From Thecamonas trahens ATCC 50062 (taxonomy: Eukaryota; Protista; Apusomonadida), in contig NW_013657610.1 in NCBI RefSeq assembly GCF_000142905.1, positions 95,870-114,015 on the forward strand: a stretch of 18,146 nucleotides of DNA, written 5' to 3'. Below the pieces are notes generated by a model. The model saw nothing but the letters and a program-made list of their open reading frames with translations. It was not told the origin of the DNA and did not search any database. Both the position numbers and the translations under genes were made by a program. Within the stretch, counting starts at the first letter, position 1, and every line of letters begins with the position of its first letter. Shown one piece after another: positions 1 through 10,600 of this stretch.

Positions 1-364
1 TGTTTTTTGGTGCCCAACTCTATCCAACTCCGTTGCTCACCCCCGCCCCGCCCTCCTCCTCCGTCTGCCCCCTCTCCGCTCTCCCTCTCTCCCCTCGACG
101 CCCTCCTCGCTTGGTTTGTTGCACGGCGTCATCTGGAGGGATACCCGAAAATATATATAATTATGTATCAAATGGTTGCCCCCGCCTCGGATCGGCTCGA
201 CTCTCTGCTCCTCCTGCCTGGTGTGGAACGACAGATCAAGGGCAAGGACTAGAGGGCACGGTCAGGCAAAGAAAGTAGATCAACGGGCGAAGCAAGAGAC
301 CAATTGGCCAACTCCTTGTCACCTTGGGCCAGACGGACGGGTGGGCAACGATCCTTAGTTGTTT

Positions 365-418
365 TCTCGCTCTCTCGCTCTCTCGCTCTCTCGCTCTCTC
401 GCTCTCTCTCGCTCTCGC
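365..418. repeat. (TCTCGCTC)n-type pyrimidine-rich microsatellite just upstream of the ATG at 442
   Basis: About 6 imperfect tandem copies of an 8-mer, read directly from the sequence. Confidence 0.85.
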
Positions 419-441
419 GCCAATCGTATTTGTAATCGTGC

Positions 442-3400
442 ATGTCGTCAAGTAAGCTTCCACCGGCGTATGTTGAGCTGCTCGAGGCGGTGGCCCAAGA
501 GCTGGCGAGGCGTGCGGCGACGTCGCGCGACGGACAAGTCCGCCAGGCGTTTCCCTCCAAATCGATTCTCGGCACGCTCGGCTCGCGCTCAAAGTCAGTG
601 ATGCAGCGAGTGCGGAGTGCGGTGGCCCGCGACGCGTCGGCAACCAACCTGCACTCGGTCCTCGCCCAGTATGGCTCGGCCTTTGGCATCGAGTTTGACG
701 CCGAGACCGACTCGATCGCACTCTCGACCACCCTCCCGCCGGCCATGATCTCGCAGTTTCGCAAGAAGCGCCCGCGTCCGGGCTCGGACGCCTTTGACGC
801 TCTCCTCGAGACCGCCGCCCAGCGGCTCGCTGCCGAGCTCGCCTCGCGCCAGGCGAACGCCATCCCGGCCACCGAGCTCGGCGCCCGCCAAGAGATGGTC
901 GACATCCGCGCTGCCTACGTTGCAGCAGGCATGCTCGAGAACTACAAGCTGCACTCGGTACTCCAAGCCCCACCGTTTGCCAGCCGCTTTGTCATTGTCA
1001 AGGTTGGAGCCGGCCCGGGCTACGAGATCCGCCTCCGTCCGGCCCTCGGCAGCCGCTCGTCGTCAGCCTCGCTCAGCACAAGCTCGTCCTTCGGCTCGGT
1101 GAGCGGAGGCAAGGCTGCGACTGCTCGCGCAATCTCGCCAGCGCATGGCAATGCAGTCGACCCGTACGGCCGCGTCGCCGCCGTCCATGGCCGCGCCGCC
1201 CACCCGGCCCCGCGCCCTACCCCCTTTCCGGATCTCTACCCGTCCGACGCACACTTGGGCCTCGGCGACCACGGGCGGCGGGCGATGCGGCTCAGCGGCA
1301 TGTTTGCCGAACCGCACGCGGCGACCTCGACCACGAGCTCGAGCCCGAGCTCAAGTGCCAATGGCAACTCCAGCCAAAGTAGCGGCGGGTACAACCTTGC
1401 TGGCGCCCAGGGTCAAGCCCAAGCCGCACCGTTCTCCTTTGTCACGCGAGGAACGCTCCACCAGTTTTACGCCGAACTGGACCGGCTGCCGCCGGCGTCG
1501 ATGCTCGCGCTCGACGCCGAAGGCACGCTCGATGCCGAACAGCCGACCATTCCGCTGGTCCAGGTCCATCTGCCGGCGCCTGTCTCGCAGACGTATCTCT
1601 TTCATGAGCCGACGTGGGATGCCGAGGCGGCCGGCGCCGGGACGACCGGCTCGATGTGGGACCACCTGCGGGTCCTTGTGGCCGACGCCGAGTTTACACT
1701 TGTCGTCTTTGACGCCGCCCGCCTTGCCGGCGCCCTCCTCGCCACAGCCTCGCCCCTGGACCTTGGTGCCGGGCGCACCATCCACGACGCCCGCGTCATC
1801 GACATTGCCGTCGCGGCGTGCGTTGTTGCCGGCAAGCGGCTGCCACCGACGCACGGGCTCAACGAGTGTCTGGCCGCCATCGGCGCGGGCAGAAACCGCT
1901 TTGCCGACGTCGTGCCGGCAAGCGCTGTCCGCAGCGCTACCACCTGGGCCCGTCCGCTCCTCGCGGAGCAGGCGACTCGCTACGCGGTCGGCGACGTGGC
2001 GCACCTGGTGGCCGCCGCCGAGCGGGCCATGGCCAGCGTCTCGGCGGTTCAGGCGCTCCGCATCCAGGCCGAGTCGCTGGCGGCGACCCGCGCAGCCGTC
2101 GCGGCCCGACTCGCTGGCTCGGATGCAGTGACCAAGACGCTCGCGGTTGGCCTTGATGCTGCCGCGTCCGGCTATGTCTTTGGCCGGCTGGCCGGCGGTG
2201 GCGGCGGCCTCACTCTGCTTGGCGAAGCCGATAGTCCGCTGCCGGACCGCAGTGGCGTCGGGAGCGCCGGCCCGCCGCTGCCGCGCCAGAGCCAGGCCAC
2301 ACCGCCACCGGCGGCTGCCATTGCACTTGCCTGCCTCCCGACTCACCTCGCCGGCCCTGTGGCGGCCACCATCGACGCGCACGGCGGGCTCGAGCGGGTG
2401 GCGGCGCTTGGTGTCGACGTCGGCGCGCCCATCATTTGTACGTTTGCCGGCGGACGCGGCGCGGCGGCGCTCGCGGCCAGCTCCAGCGTCGTCACCGACG
2501 CCGACGTCGCCGCCATTCTGGCCCGCCTCGCCATGCTCCAGCGCGCCGAGTCGGCGGAAGCAGCGCTTGCTATGACGACCTCGGGCGAGCTGCGCGCAGC
2601 CGACGAGCGCGGCACCCCCGCGGTGGCGCCTGTCGTTTACGGCGGGAGTGTGGTGGGCGAGGCCAGCTTTGGCGTGCCGGGCGTCGCTCTCCGGGTCTCG
2701 CAGCTCCCGCCGCTTGTTGCCGGCGGCGGGCCCGGCGGCCTTACCCTCGCGGTCGGGCACGACTGGGACGCAGCGACTCTCCCGGCGGCGGTCCTTCTCG
2801 GCGATGTGTGCGAGGGAGCGGCGAGCACCCGCGGCGGAAGCGAGTCAATACTCATTGTAGGCCCGCGGCGGTCGGGCAAGACGTCGCTCCTCCGGGCCGT
2901 CGCCCGACGCGCCGCCGCGCGCGCCCGGCACGTCCTCATTGTCGACTCNNNNNNNNNNNNNNNNNNNNNNNNNNNNNNNNNNNNNNNNNNNNNNNNNNNN
3001 NNNNNNNNNNNNNNNNNNNNNNNNNNNNNNNNNNNNNNNNNNNNNNNNNNNNNNNNNNNNNNNNNNNNNNNNNNNNNNNNNNNNNNNNNNNNNNNNNNNN
3101 NNNNNNNNNNNNNNNNNNNNNNNNNNNNNNNNNNNNNNNNNNNNNNNNNNNNNNNNNNNNNNNNNNNNNNNNNNNNNNNNNNNNNNNNNNNNNNNNNNNN
3201 NNNNNNNNNNNNNNNNNNNNNNNNNNNNNNNNNNNNNNNNNNNNNNNNNNNNNNNNNNNNNNNNNNNNNNNNNNNNNNNNNNNNNNNNNNNNNNNNNNNN
3301 NNNNNNNNNNNNNNNNNNNNNNNNNNNNNNNNNNNNNNNNNNNNNNNNNNNNNNNNNNNNNNNNNNNNNNNNNNNNNNNNNNNNNNNNNNNNNNNNNNNN

Positions 3401-3507
3401 NNNNNNNNNNNNNNNNNNNNNNNNCCCTGCCACCGCCACCACCACCACCACCACCATTACTCCGTCGCGCCAGTCGTGACCAGGTGGTCTCCGGCCCCGC
3501 AGCGTAG
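442..3507 (+). CDS. Multidomain protein: duplicated N-terminal helical (possibly winged-helix/LOTUS-like) module + EXD1/Egalitarian-like 3'-5' exonuclease domain + Ycf45/SpoIIIAA-like P-loop ATPase; 3' end uncertain because of the N gap
   Basis: Open from ATG 442 to the gap at 2949. Exonuclease motifs: ExoI LALDAEG (D 1513, E 1519), VIDIAVA, and WARPL...YAVGDVAHL (ExoIII, 1981-1995). ATPase motifs: LACLP...LGVDVGAP...VTDADV, GVPGVALRVS...GLTLAVG, then SILIVGPRRSGKTSLLRAVARR...HVLIVD (Walker A 2860-2883), in the Ycf45-family order. The frame after the gap is unknown (stop at 3479, 3507 or elsewhere). Confidence 0.8.
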   Translation: MSSSKLPPAYVELLEAVAQELARRAATSRDGQVRQAFPSKSILGTLGSRSKSVMQRVRSAVARDASATNLHSVLAQYGSAFGIEFDAETDSIALSTTLPPAMISQFRKKRPRPGSDAFDALLETAAQRLAAELASRQANAIPATELGARQEMVDIRAAYVAAGMLENYKLHSVLQAPPFASRFVIVKVGAGPGYEIRLRPALGSRSSSASLSTSSSFGSVSGGKAATARAISPAHGNAVDPYGRVAAVHGRAAHPAPRPTPFPDLYPSDAHLGLGDHGRRAMRLSGMFAEPHAATSTTSSSPSSSANGNSSQSSGGYNLAGAQGQAQAAPFSFVTRGTLHQFYAELDRLPPASMLALDAEGTLDAEQPTIPLVQVHLPAPVSQTYLFHEPTWDAEAAGAGTTGSMWDHLRVLVADAEFTLVVFDAARLAGALLATASPLDLGAGRTIHDARVIDIAVAACVVAGKRLPPTHGLNECLAAIGAGRNRFADVVPASAVRSATTWARPLLAEQATRYAVGDVAHLVAAAERAMASVSAVQALRIQAESLAATRAAVAARLAGSDAVTKTLAVGLDAAASGYVFGRLAGGGGGLTLLGEADSPLPDRSGVGSAGPPLPRQSQATPPPAAAIALACLPTHLAGPVAATIDAHGGLERVAALGVDVGAPIICTFAGGRGAAALAASSSVVTDADVAAILARLAMLQRAESAEAALAMTTSGELRAADERGTPAVAPVVYGGSVVGEASFGVPGVALRVSQLPPLVAGGGPGGLTLAVGHDWDAATLPAAVLLGDVCEGAASTRGGSESILIVGPRRSGKTSLLRAVARRAAARARHVLIVDXXXXXXXXXXXXXXXXXXXXXXXXXXXXXXXXXXXXXXXXXXXXXXXXXXXXXXXXXXXXXXXXXXXXXXXXXXXXXXXXXXXXXXXXXXXXXXXXXXXXXXXXXXXXXXXXXXXXXXXXXXXXXXXXXXXXXXXXXXXXXXXXXXXXXXXXXXXXXXXXLPPPPPPPPPLLRRASRDQVVSGPAA
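2949..3424. other. Assembly gap (476 N)
   Basis: Run of N characters. Confidence 1.
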
Positions 3508-3563
3508 CAAAGCCATCGATCCGATCTGGCGCATAGCATACGTCTCGGCCCCCCCCACATCTC

Positions 3564-3714
3564 GGCCAATTAGAGCAAGAAAGAAATGGCGCGAACGGTG
3601 GCCTTATGACCAACTCCCGCCTTTTTTTCCCCCTCCCCCCTTCCCTCCCTCCCTCCCTCCCTCCCCTTGTCTTTTTTGGCGGGAACCGACTCCGATTACC
3701 CGTTTCGCGCCAAA
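3564..3714. promoter_or_regulatory. Putative cell-cycle promoter: CCAAT box plus clustered E2F-type sites upstream of APC1
   Basis: GGCCAATTAG (CCAAT 3566-3570), TGGCGCGAA 3587-3595, TCCCGCC 3615-3621, TTTTGGCGGGAA 3674-3685 and TTTCGCGCCAAA 3703-3714. The last two closely match canonical E2F sites; the other two are partial. Function is inferred. Confidence 0.5.
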
Positions 3715-3914
3715 AAACTCGCCCACAGTCCCCTCCACCCCCGCCCTCACCCTCGTTCGGACGAGCCAAGTTGAGGAGAATGAGCAGCAGGCAGTGGCAG
3801 TGTGCGGGGCACTCAACGTGTGGTGGGGGAGAGAGACACAGGTCGCCGTACCCCCATATACATATACATACGCATACGCATACCGCACACCCTCCCTCCC
3901 TCCCGTGTCACCGC

Positions 3915-4586
3915 CACCTCGACCAAGTGGGTGACCTCGACCAAGTGGGTGACCTCGACCAAGTGGGTGACGTCGACCAAGTGGGTGACCTCGACCAAGT
4001 GGGTGACCTCGACCAAGTGGGTGACCTCGACCACGTAGACCAAGTCGGTGACGTCGACCACGTAGATCACCTCGACCACGTAGATCACCTCGACCACGTA
4101 GATCACCTCGACCACGTAGATCACCTCGACCACGTGGATCACCTCGACTACGTAGATCACCTCGACCACGTAGATCACCTCGACTACGTAGATCACCTCG
4201 ACCACGTAGATCACCTCGACTACGTAGATCACCTCGACCACGTAGATCACCTCGACTACGTAGATCACCTCGACCACGTAGATCACCTCGACCACGTAGA
4301 TCACCTCGACCACGTAGATCACCTCGACCACGTAGATCACCTCGACTACGTAGATCACCTCGACTACGTAGATCACCTCGACCACGTGGATCACCTCGAC
4401 TACGTAGATCACCTCGACCACGTGGATCACCTCGACTACGTAGATCACCTCGACCACGTAGATCACCTCGACTACGTAGATCACCTCGACCACGTAGATC
4501 ACCTCGACCACGTAGATCACCTCGACCACCTCGACCTCGACCTCGACAACCTCGACCTCGACCTCGACCACGACCGCCACGTCGAC
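3915..4586. repeat. 18-bp minisatellite with two unit types
   Basis: 7 copies of GACCAAGTGGGTGACCTC-type units (3921-4055, with one 9-bp half unit), then 26 copies of GAC(C/T)ACGT(A/G)GATCACCTC (4056-4523), decaying into GACCTC hexamers to ~4586. Confidence 0.97.
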
Positions 4587-4602
4587 AAAGCAGGTGACGG
4601 AC

Positions 4603-7600
4603 ATGATGTCGACGATCACGTGCCAAGTGCTGTATGAGGAGAGTGCGGTGGGCGGCAAGAGGCAGTACCTGAGCCACGGCCATGGCTGGACGAGCACGTC
4701 GAGCACATCGCGAACGTCAAGCAGCAGTGCCATGGCGAGCACTGGCTCGATGGCGACGGCAATGGCGACGGCGACAGCGACTCCGGCTGCACCGGCCCAC
4801 GCCGCCGCGGGCATGGGCATGGGCACGGGCGGTCATCCAGCCGGAGGCTACGGCCATGGCCATGCCGGCGAGTTGGCCCTGGTGGTGAGCGGCAACTGCG
4901 CCAGTGTCATGGCTGGTGCCCTCGTGGCTGCCTCGTACACCGTCCCGGCCGCCATCTCGCACGCCCTGTGGGTCTCCTTCCCGCGCCCGCTCCCCGGCCG
5001 CAGTGTCGGCGGTGATGCCGGCGGCAACGGGAGCATGGCCGCCGCAGCATGGTCGCCGCCCCGCTCCGGCCACTCGTTCCATGGCCCATCGCAGTCGCAT
5101 GTTCACCATGGCGACGACGAGGGCGATGGCGATGGCAGTGGCGGGCACGGCCCGGGCTCGTCGGGCGACGGAGGCCTCGTCACTGCGCTGGTGCTCCTCA
5201 CGGCGGCGGCGGCCCATGTGTACTACCCCACGGGACACGTCTACGAGGTTGTGCTCCCCTTTGCTGTGGCCGACGTGGCGGCGCTGCCGGTCGGCTTGCT
5301 CCTGCGGCGGGCGGCGGCGGCGGCGGAGGAGGCGGCGGCGGGCGCGGCGGCGCTGCCGTTCCTCTTCTCGCTCCTGCATCCGCTCGACGACGTCCGCCCG
5401 CTGGCGGCGCTCTCGCTCCACGGCGACGTTGTCTCGGACGCCTCGGTCAGTGTCCTCCTCGCGGCCTCCTCGCCGCCGCTGCTCCTCACTCACTCGGCCG
5501 GGCGGAGCGCGGGAGCCGGCAGTGCGCTCGACCTCTTCCTCCTCCGCCGCGCGCCGCCGGACACTCCGCCCGACGAGATCGAGCGCTCGCTGAGCGGCCT
5601 GGGGCGGCTCGGCATGGACATGGAAGAGGCGCAGAGCGAGGACGGGAGCGCGGGCAGCAGAGCGAGCCAGGGCAACGTCTCGGGCGTGAGCGGCGAGTCG
5701 GTCGACGCGCTCTACGCCGACGTCTATCTCGAGCACGTGTGGTCGTCGCCGTGGGCCGGCCTCGCCGCGCCGGCGCGCGCCTTTCTCACCCACGACGCCA
5801 ACGGCACGCTCGAACTCGCCCTTCTTGACCGCGAGGCGCAGGTTCTCACCGGCATCGCCTTTGAGCCGACGGCGCTGGCGGTGGCGTGGCAGGTGCCGGC
5901 CGTCGACGCCGCGCCCGTCCGCCTCGGCGGCCTCGACGCACTCGCCGTCGTCGCCCCGGGCGGCGGCCTCGTGCTCTACGTCGGCGGCACCCGGCTTGTC
6001 GACGTCGCCCTCCCGGCACCGCTCATCGGCAGCGGATGCGCAGCTGGCGGGCCGAACGAGTCGGCGCTCTCGCTCTCACCGGTCTCGATGGCCTCGGCCT
6101 CGTTCGACGCCTCGGGCCTCGGCATGGCCGGCGACGACGAGTGCGAGGCCGACGCCGAGGCCGGCAAGCTCGTCGCCCTCGCCGCAGCGGCCGGCTCGCG
6201 GCTGACGGTCGTCACCGCCCGCGGGCGCGCCTACCGCATCAACATCGAGCTCCCGCCGGCCTCGCCGCTCGCCGCCGCCGTCCTCGAGGTCCTCAGCACC
6301 ACCGTCTCACCTGCCTTTGCCCTCGCCCTCCGCCGCGAGCTCGTCGCCGCCCTCGCCCGCGCCACCGGCCCGGCGCCCAACCAGTGGCGCCTCCTAGCCG
6401 AGCTCCTTGTCGAGCTCCTTGCGCCGGTCACCCCGTCGTCGCCGACCACACCGGTCCGCCCGCGCGCCGACGACAGCGACGATCCGCTCGCGTGGCTGCT
6501 GACCGAGTCGGCAACGCACGCGGCGATGGGCGGCGGGTGCAGGCTGGGCGGACTCGGTGAGGCCGAGGACGGCAGTCTCAGCATCCGCGGCGCCGCCACC
6601 GGCAAGATGGCCAGGCGAGTGCCGTCGGCCGAGCTTGCGCCGGCGCTCAAGGGCTTGCACTTGCTGTACGAGGACTGCAAGCTCGATGTGCTGCGGTACG
6701 GCGAGCTGCAGCCGCTCGGCAAGCTGCTGGCGGCCCTGGCTGCGGCAGCCGGCGAGCACGGCGTGGGCTACGCCGAGGCATACGCCCGCGACGGGCTCGG
6801 CCGGTGGCCGGACGGCGGGATGGGCGCGGCAGGCGGAGCCGGAGAGGACCTCGGCCTTCCGCCGTCGATCCTCGCGTACCTGCAGACGATGGTCCGCACG
6901 CCGGACGCCGAGCTGGAGGCCTTCCCGCTGGTGGGCGGGACGGACGGCGTGTGCGAGACAAGCCGCAAGGTCCTGCACCTGTACGCCATCCTCACGCGGA
7001 GCCAGGGCGGGCGCTACGAGGTGTCTGCCGCCGAGCTGGCGGAGCGGGCGGCCGAGGCGCTCGAGTCGCACCTCTCAGCCATTTCGCTCTCGTTCCAGGC
7101 GTCGTTCTCGGGCGGCCTCGCGCCACGCTCGCCGGTCCTCCCGCTCTTCTCACCGGCGACGCCACGGGCGCGGTCGCCGGCGGGCGAGCCGCCGCTGGCC
7201 CACTCGGTTGTCCTCGCCCTCGCCGCCGAGGGCTTTACCCGCGACTCGCTCTCGTCGCTCCCTCCGGCTGTGGCGCTGCCGCTGCTCGAGGCGCTGCGCG
7301 AGGCGCGCGAGGACCCGCCGGCCGGCTGGCCCGCCGCCGCCTACGCCCTCATCGACCGCAACGACCTCGCCCGCCAGTCGGCCGGCGTCCCGCCCGAGCC
7401 GGCGTCGGCCGCCGCCGCCCCGTCGGCGACCTCGTTCGACACAGAGGCGACGTTTGCATCGCCGGCCGGCCCGGGCGCCCCGCCGGGCGCCCCGCTCCCG
7501 CCGCCGACCCTCATCACCCTCGCCCCGCCGGGCCTCACCGGCGCCCTGCCACGGAGCGCGAGCGCAGCAGCCGGAGCGGCGGCCTCCAGCGGCGCAGCAG

Positions 7601-10600
7601 CCGGCGCGCCGAGCGGCGGCGGTAGCCGGAGCGGCGACGACGGCGGAGCCGGCGGCAGTGGCGGCGGCAGTGGCGACGGCGACGGCGGCGCAGGCGGAGC
7701 TGGGAGCGAGGCGCGCGTCCCGCTCGGCACCGAGCTCGAGTCGCGGGTGGCGGCGATGCGGTTCTGCGGCGACGCGCGGGTTGCCGAGGTCCAGCGGCTG
7801 CTGACGTCGAGCGCGCCGGCGGCGCTACTGCTCCCGAGCGAGGCGGCGACGCTGAGCGACCATGAGCTCGTCGCGGCGCAGCAAAAGGCGCTGCTTGCGC
7901 TGGCGGAGCGGACGATGGCGCTGCCTGTCGGCCGCGGCATGTTCACCTTTGCCACGGCGGCGCCGATTGTGACCGAGACGCTGCCCATTCCGCCGCTGGT
8001 GCTCTCGGGCAAGGTGCCGGCGACCGGGGTGACGCTTGCGCTGGACACAGCGAGCGTGTCGAACGAGTTCACGCACTGGGCGCAGTTCCACAACGGCGTC
8101 GCGGCCGGGCTGCGGATCTCGCCGCGGGCGGCGCGGTTGTCGTCGACGTGGATCGTGTACAACCGGCCGGCGGAGCTCTCGCACTCGCACGCCGGCTTGC
8201 TGATGGCCATGGGCCTGCACGGGCACCTGGCCCGGCTGGACGTGACCAACGTCTTCTCGTACCTCTCGCAGTCGCACGAGGTCATCTCGGTGGCGGTGCT
8301 GCTGGGCCTGGCGGCGGCCAAGCGCGGGAGCATGGACACCTCGGTGGCCAAGATGCTCTCCATCCACGTCCCGTCGCTCCTCCCGCCGTCGGCCACCATG
8401 CTCGACGTCTCGTCGCTCGTCCAGACCGCCGCCCTCCTTGGCGTCGGCCTGCTCTTCCTCGGCTCGGCCCACCGCCGCATGACCGAGGTGCTCCTGGCCG
8501 AGATCGGCCGCCGCCCGGCGGCGTCGGAGCACATCAACGACCGCGAGGCCTACTCGCTCGCCGCCGGCCTCGGCCTTGGCCTGGTCACCCTCGGCCGCGG
8601 CGCCGACGCTGCCGGCCTCGCCGACCTCGCCATCGAGAACAGGCTGCACACGTTCATTGTCGGCGGCCGCGCCGACGAGGCTCCTGGCTCGGGCAGCGGG
8701 CTCAGCGGCGGGCCGGACGGCAGCGGGCGGAGCGGGAGCGGCAGCGGGCGGAGCGGCGCGGGCGGAGCTAGCGGGCGGAGCAGCGTCGGCGGGCTCGGCG
8801 GCAAAGCGATGGCCAACTCGCGGATCCGCGAAGGCGCGCGGGTCAACATCGACGTCACCGCGCCGGGCGCCACCCTCGCACTCGGGCTCATGTTCCTCAA
8901 GACCAACTCGGCGTCGGTGGCGGCACGGCTGGAGGTGCCGCGGACGCAGTTCCTGCTCGACTACGTCCGGCCGGACCTGCTGCTGTTGCGGGTCCTCGCC
9001 CGCAACCTCATCATGTGGGACGAGGTTGCGGCGAGCGAGGCCTGGCTCGACGCCCACCTCCCGCCGTTCATCGCCGCCCACGCCCCGCTCCGCCCGCGTG
9101 GCGGGAGTGGCGGCGGTGTTGCCGGCGGCGCCATCGACTACGCCGCCATGCTCCTGGCGTCCGACACCGACGAGGACGAGGACGAGGATGGGGACGGAGC
9201 GCCCAGGGATGGGAGCGAGGGTGGCGAGGGCGGCGATGGCGAGGGCGGGGGCGAGGACGGAGGGCGGCGGCAGCTGCCGTCGGTGGCCGACGTGGTCGCT
9301 GGCCTGCTCGGCGGGGGCGGCGGGAGCGGCGTCGACGGCGAGGGCCAAGCCGGAGCGGCCGGGGCTGTCGGCGGCGAGACCGATGTCGAGGCGCTGCAGG
9401 CGGCCTACGTCAACGTGGTGGCCGGGGCGTGCATGTCGGTCGGACTCAAGTACGCCGGCAGCGCGGCGGCGGAGGCGTACGAGCTGCTGCTGGGAAAGGT
9501 CGGATTCTTCCTCGACTTGGTGGCGGCGAGCGGCGCGAGCGGCGGCGGGAGCGGCAGCAGCAGCGGCAGTGCGGTGGACAAGGCGACGGCGGAGGCGTGC
9601 CTCTGCACGGCTGTGGTTGCGCTGGCGATGGTGATGGCCGGGAGCGGCAACGTGGGCGTGCTGCGGCTGGTGCGCAAGCTCCACGCAAGGACAGGCGTGG
9701 GCTACGGCTCGCACATGGCCATGGGCTCTGCGCTCGGCCTGCTATTCCTCGGCGGTGGGGCATACTCGCTCTCGACGAGCAAGGCGGCCATCGGGGCTCT
9801 CGTGGCGGCGTTCTTCCCGGTCTGGCCGGCATCGCCGAGCGACAACAAGTACCATCTGCAGGCCTTCCGCCACCTGTACGTGCTCGCGTTGGAGCGGCGG
9901 GTGCTGGAGGCGGTCGACGTCGACTCGGGCGCGGCGGTGTACGTGCCGGTCCAGCTGACGCTGCGCGGTAGCGACGGCCACGGGCCGGGAAGTGTGGCGG
10001 CGGTGACGCCGGCGCTGCTGCCGCCACGGGCGGTGCTCGCTGGCGTCGCCGTCGACTCGCCGCGCTACTGGGGCACATACATCGCCACGCCGGCGGCGAG
10101 CAGGGCGCTGGCACCGGCGGCACGGCTCATTGTGGAGCACGGCGTGCTGTACGTCAAGCGCAAGGCTGGGTACCTGGCGTACGCAACGGATCCGACCAAC
10201 GCGCGGTCGATGCTCTCGCGGGCGTTCCCGCAGAGACCGGCGGCGGCGCGGGTGGCGCCCGAGACGGACCTCACGCCGCCGGCCGAGCGCGCGCTGAGCC
10301 TCTTTACTGACTCGGCAGCCATGACTGCCTTTGCCGGCCACATGGCCGTCCCGCGGGCCGGTGAGCCGTGGACCGACTCGCACGCCTTTGCCGCCCGCGT
10401 CCTCTACGACGTGCTGACGGCGGAGAAGGTCGAGGTCCTCCCGGTTTATCTCGCGCTGTACGAGGCCGTCGGCGGGGTCGGCGCCGAGCTGGCAGCGGGC
10501 AAGCGGCTTGGCCCGGCGCGGGCGACGAGCCTGGCCGGCCTCGGCCTGCTCCGCGCCTGGTACGCCGCCGGCCCGCTGCGGCAGCTGCTGGAGCCGCGGT

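Noticed and set aside
1-360. Short ORFs, pyrimidine tract, AT-rich TATA-like patch (148-168) and CCAATTGG palindrome (300-307)
   Set aside because: Plausibly promoter or intergenic sequence, but too generic to call; the ORFs are low-complexity.
3425-3507. Poly-Pro, poly-Thr or poly-His tail as the defined C-terminus of gene 1
   Set aside because: It is a (CCA)n tract next to a gap of estimated length, so the frame cannot be assigned.
3855-3884. Five CATA(T/C)N hexamers
   Set aside because: A short simple repeat with no evidence of function.
3915-4586. CRISPR array
   Set aside because: Units are head-to-tail with no unique spacers, there are no cas genes, and the context is eukaryotic.
3604-4826. 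Minus-strand ORFs (RGRGDL)n and (VVEVIY)n as genes
   Set aside because: They are open only because the repeat unit lacks stops, they overlap the APC1 start antisense, and they have no recognisable domain.
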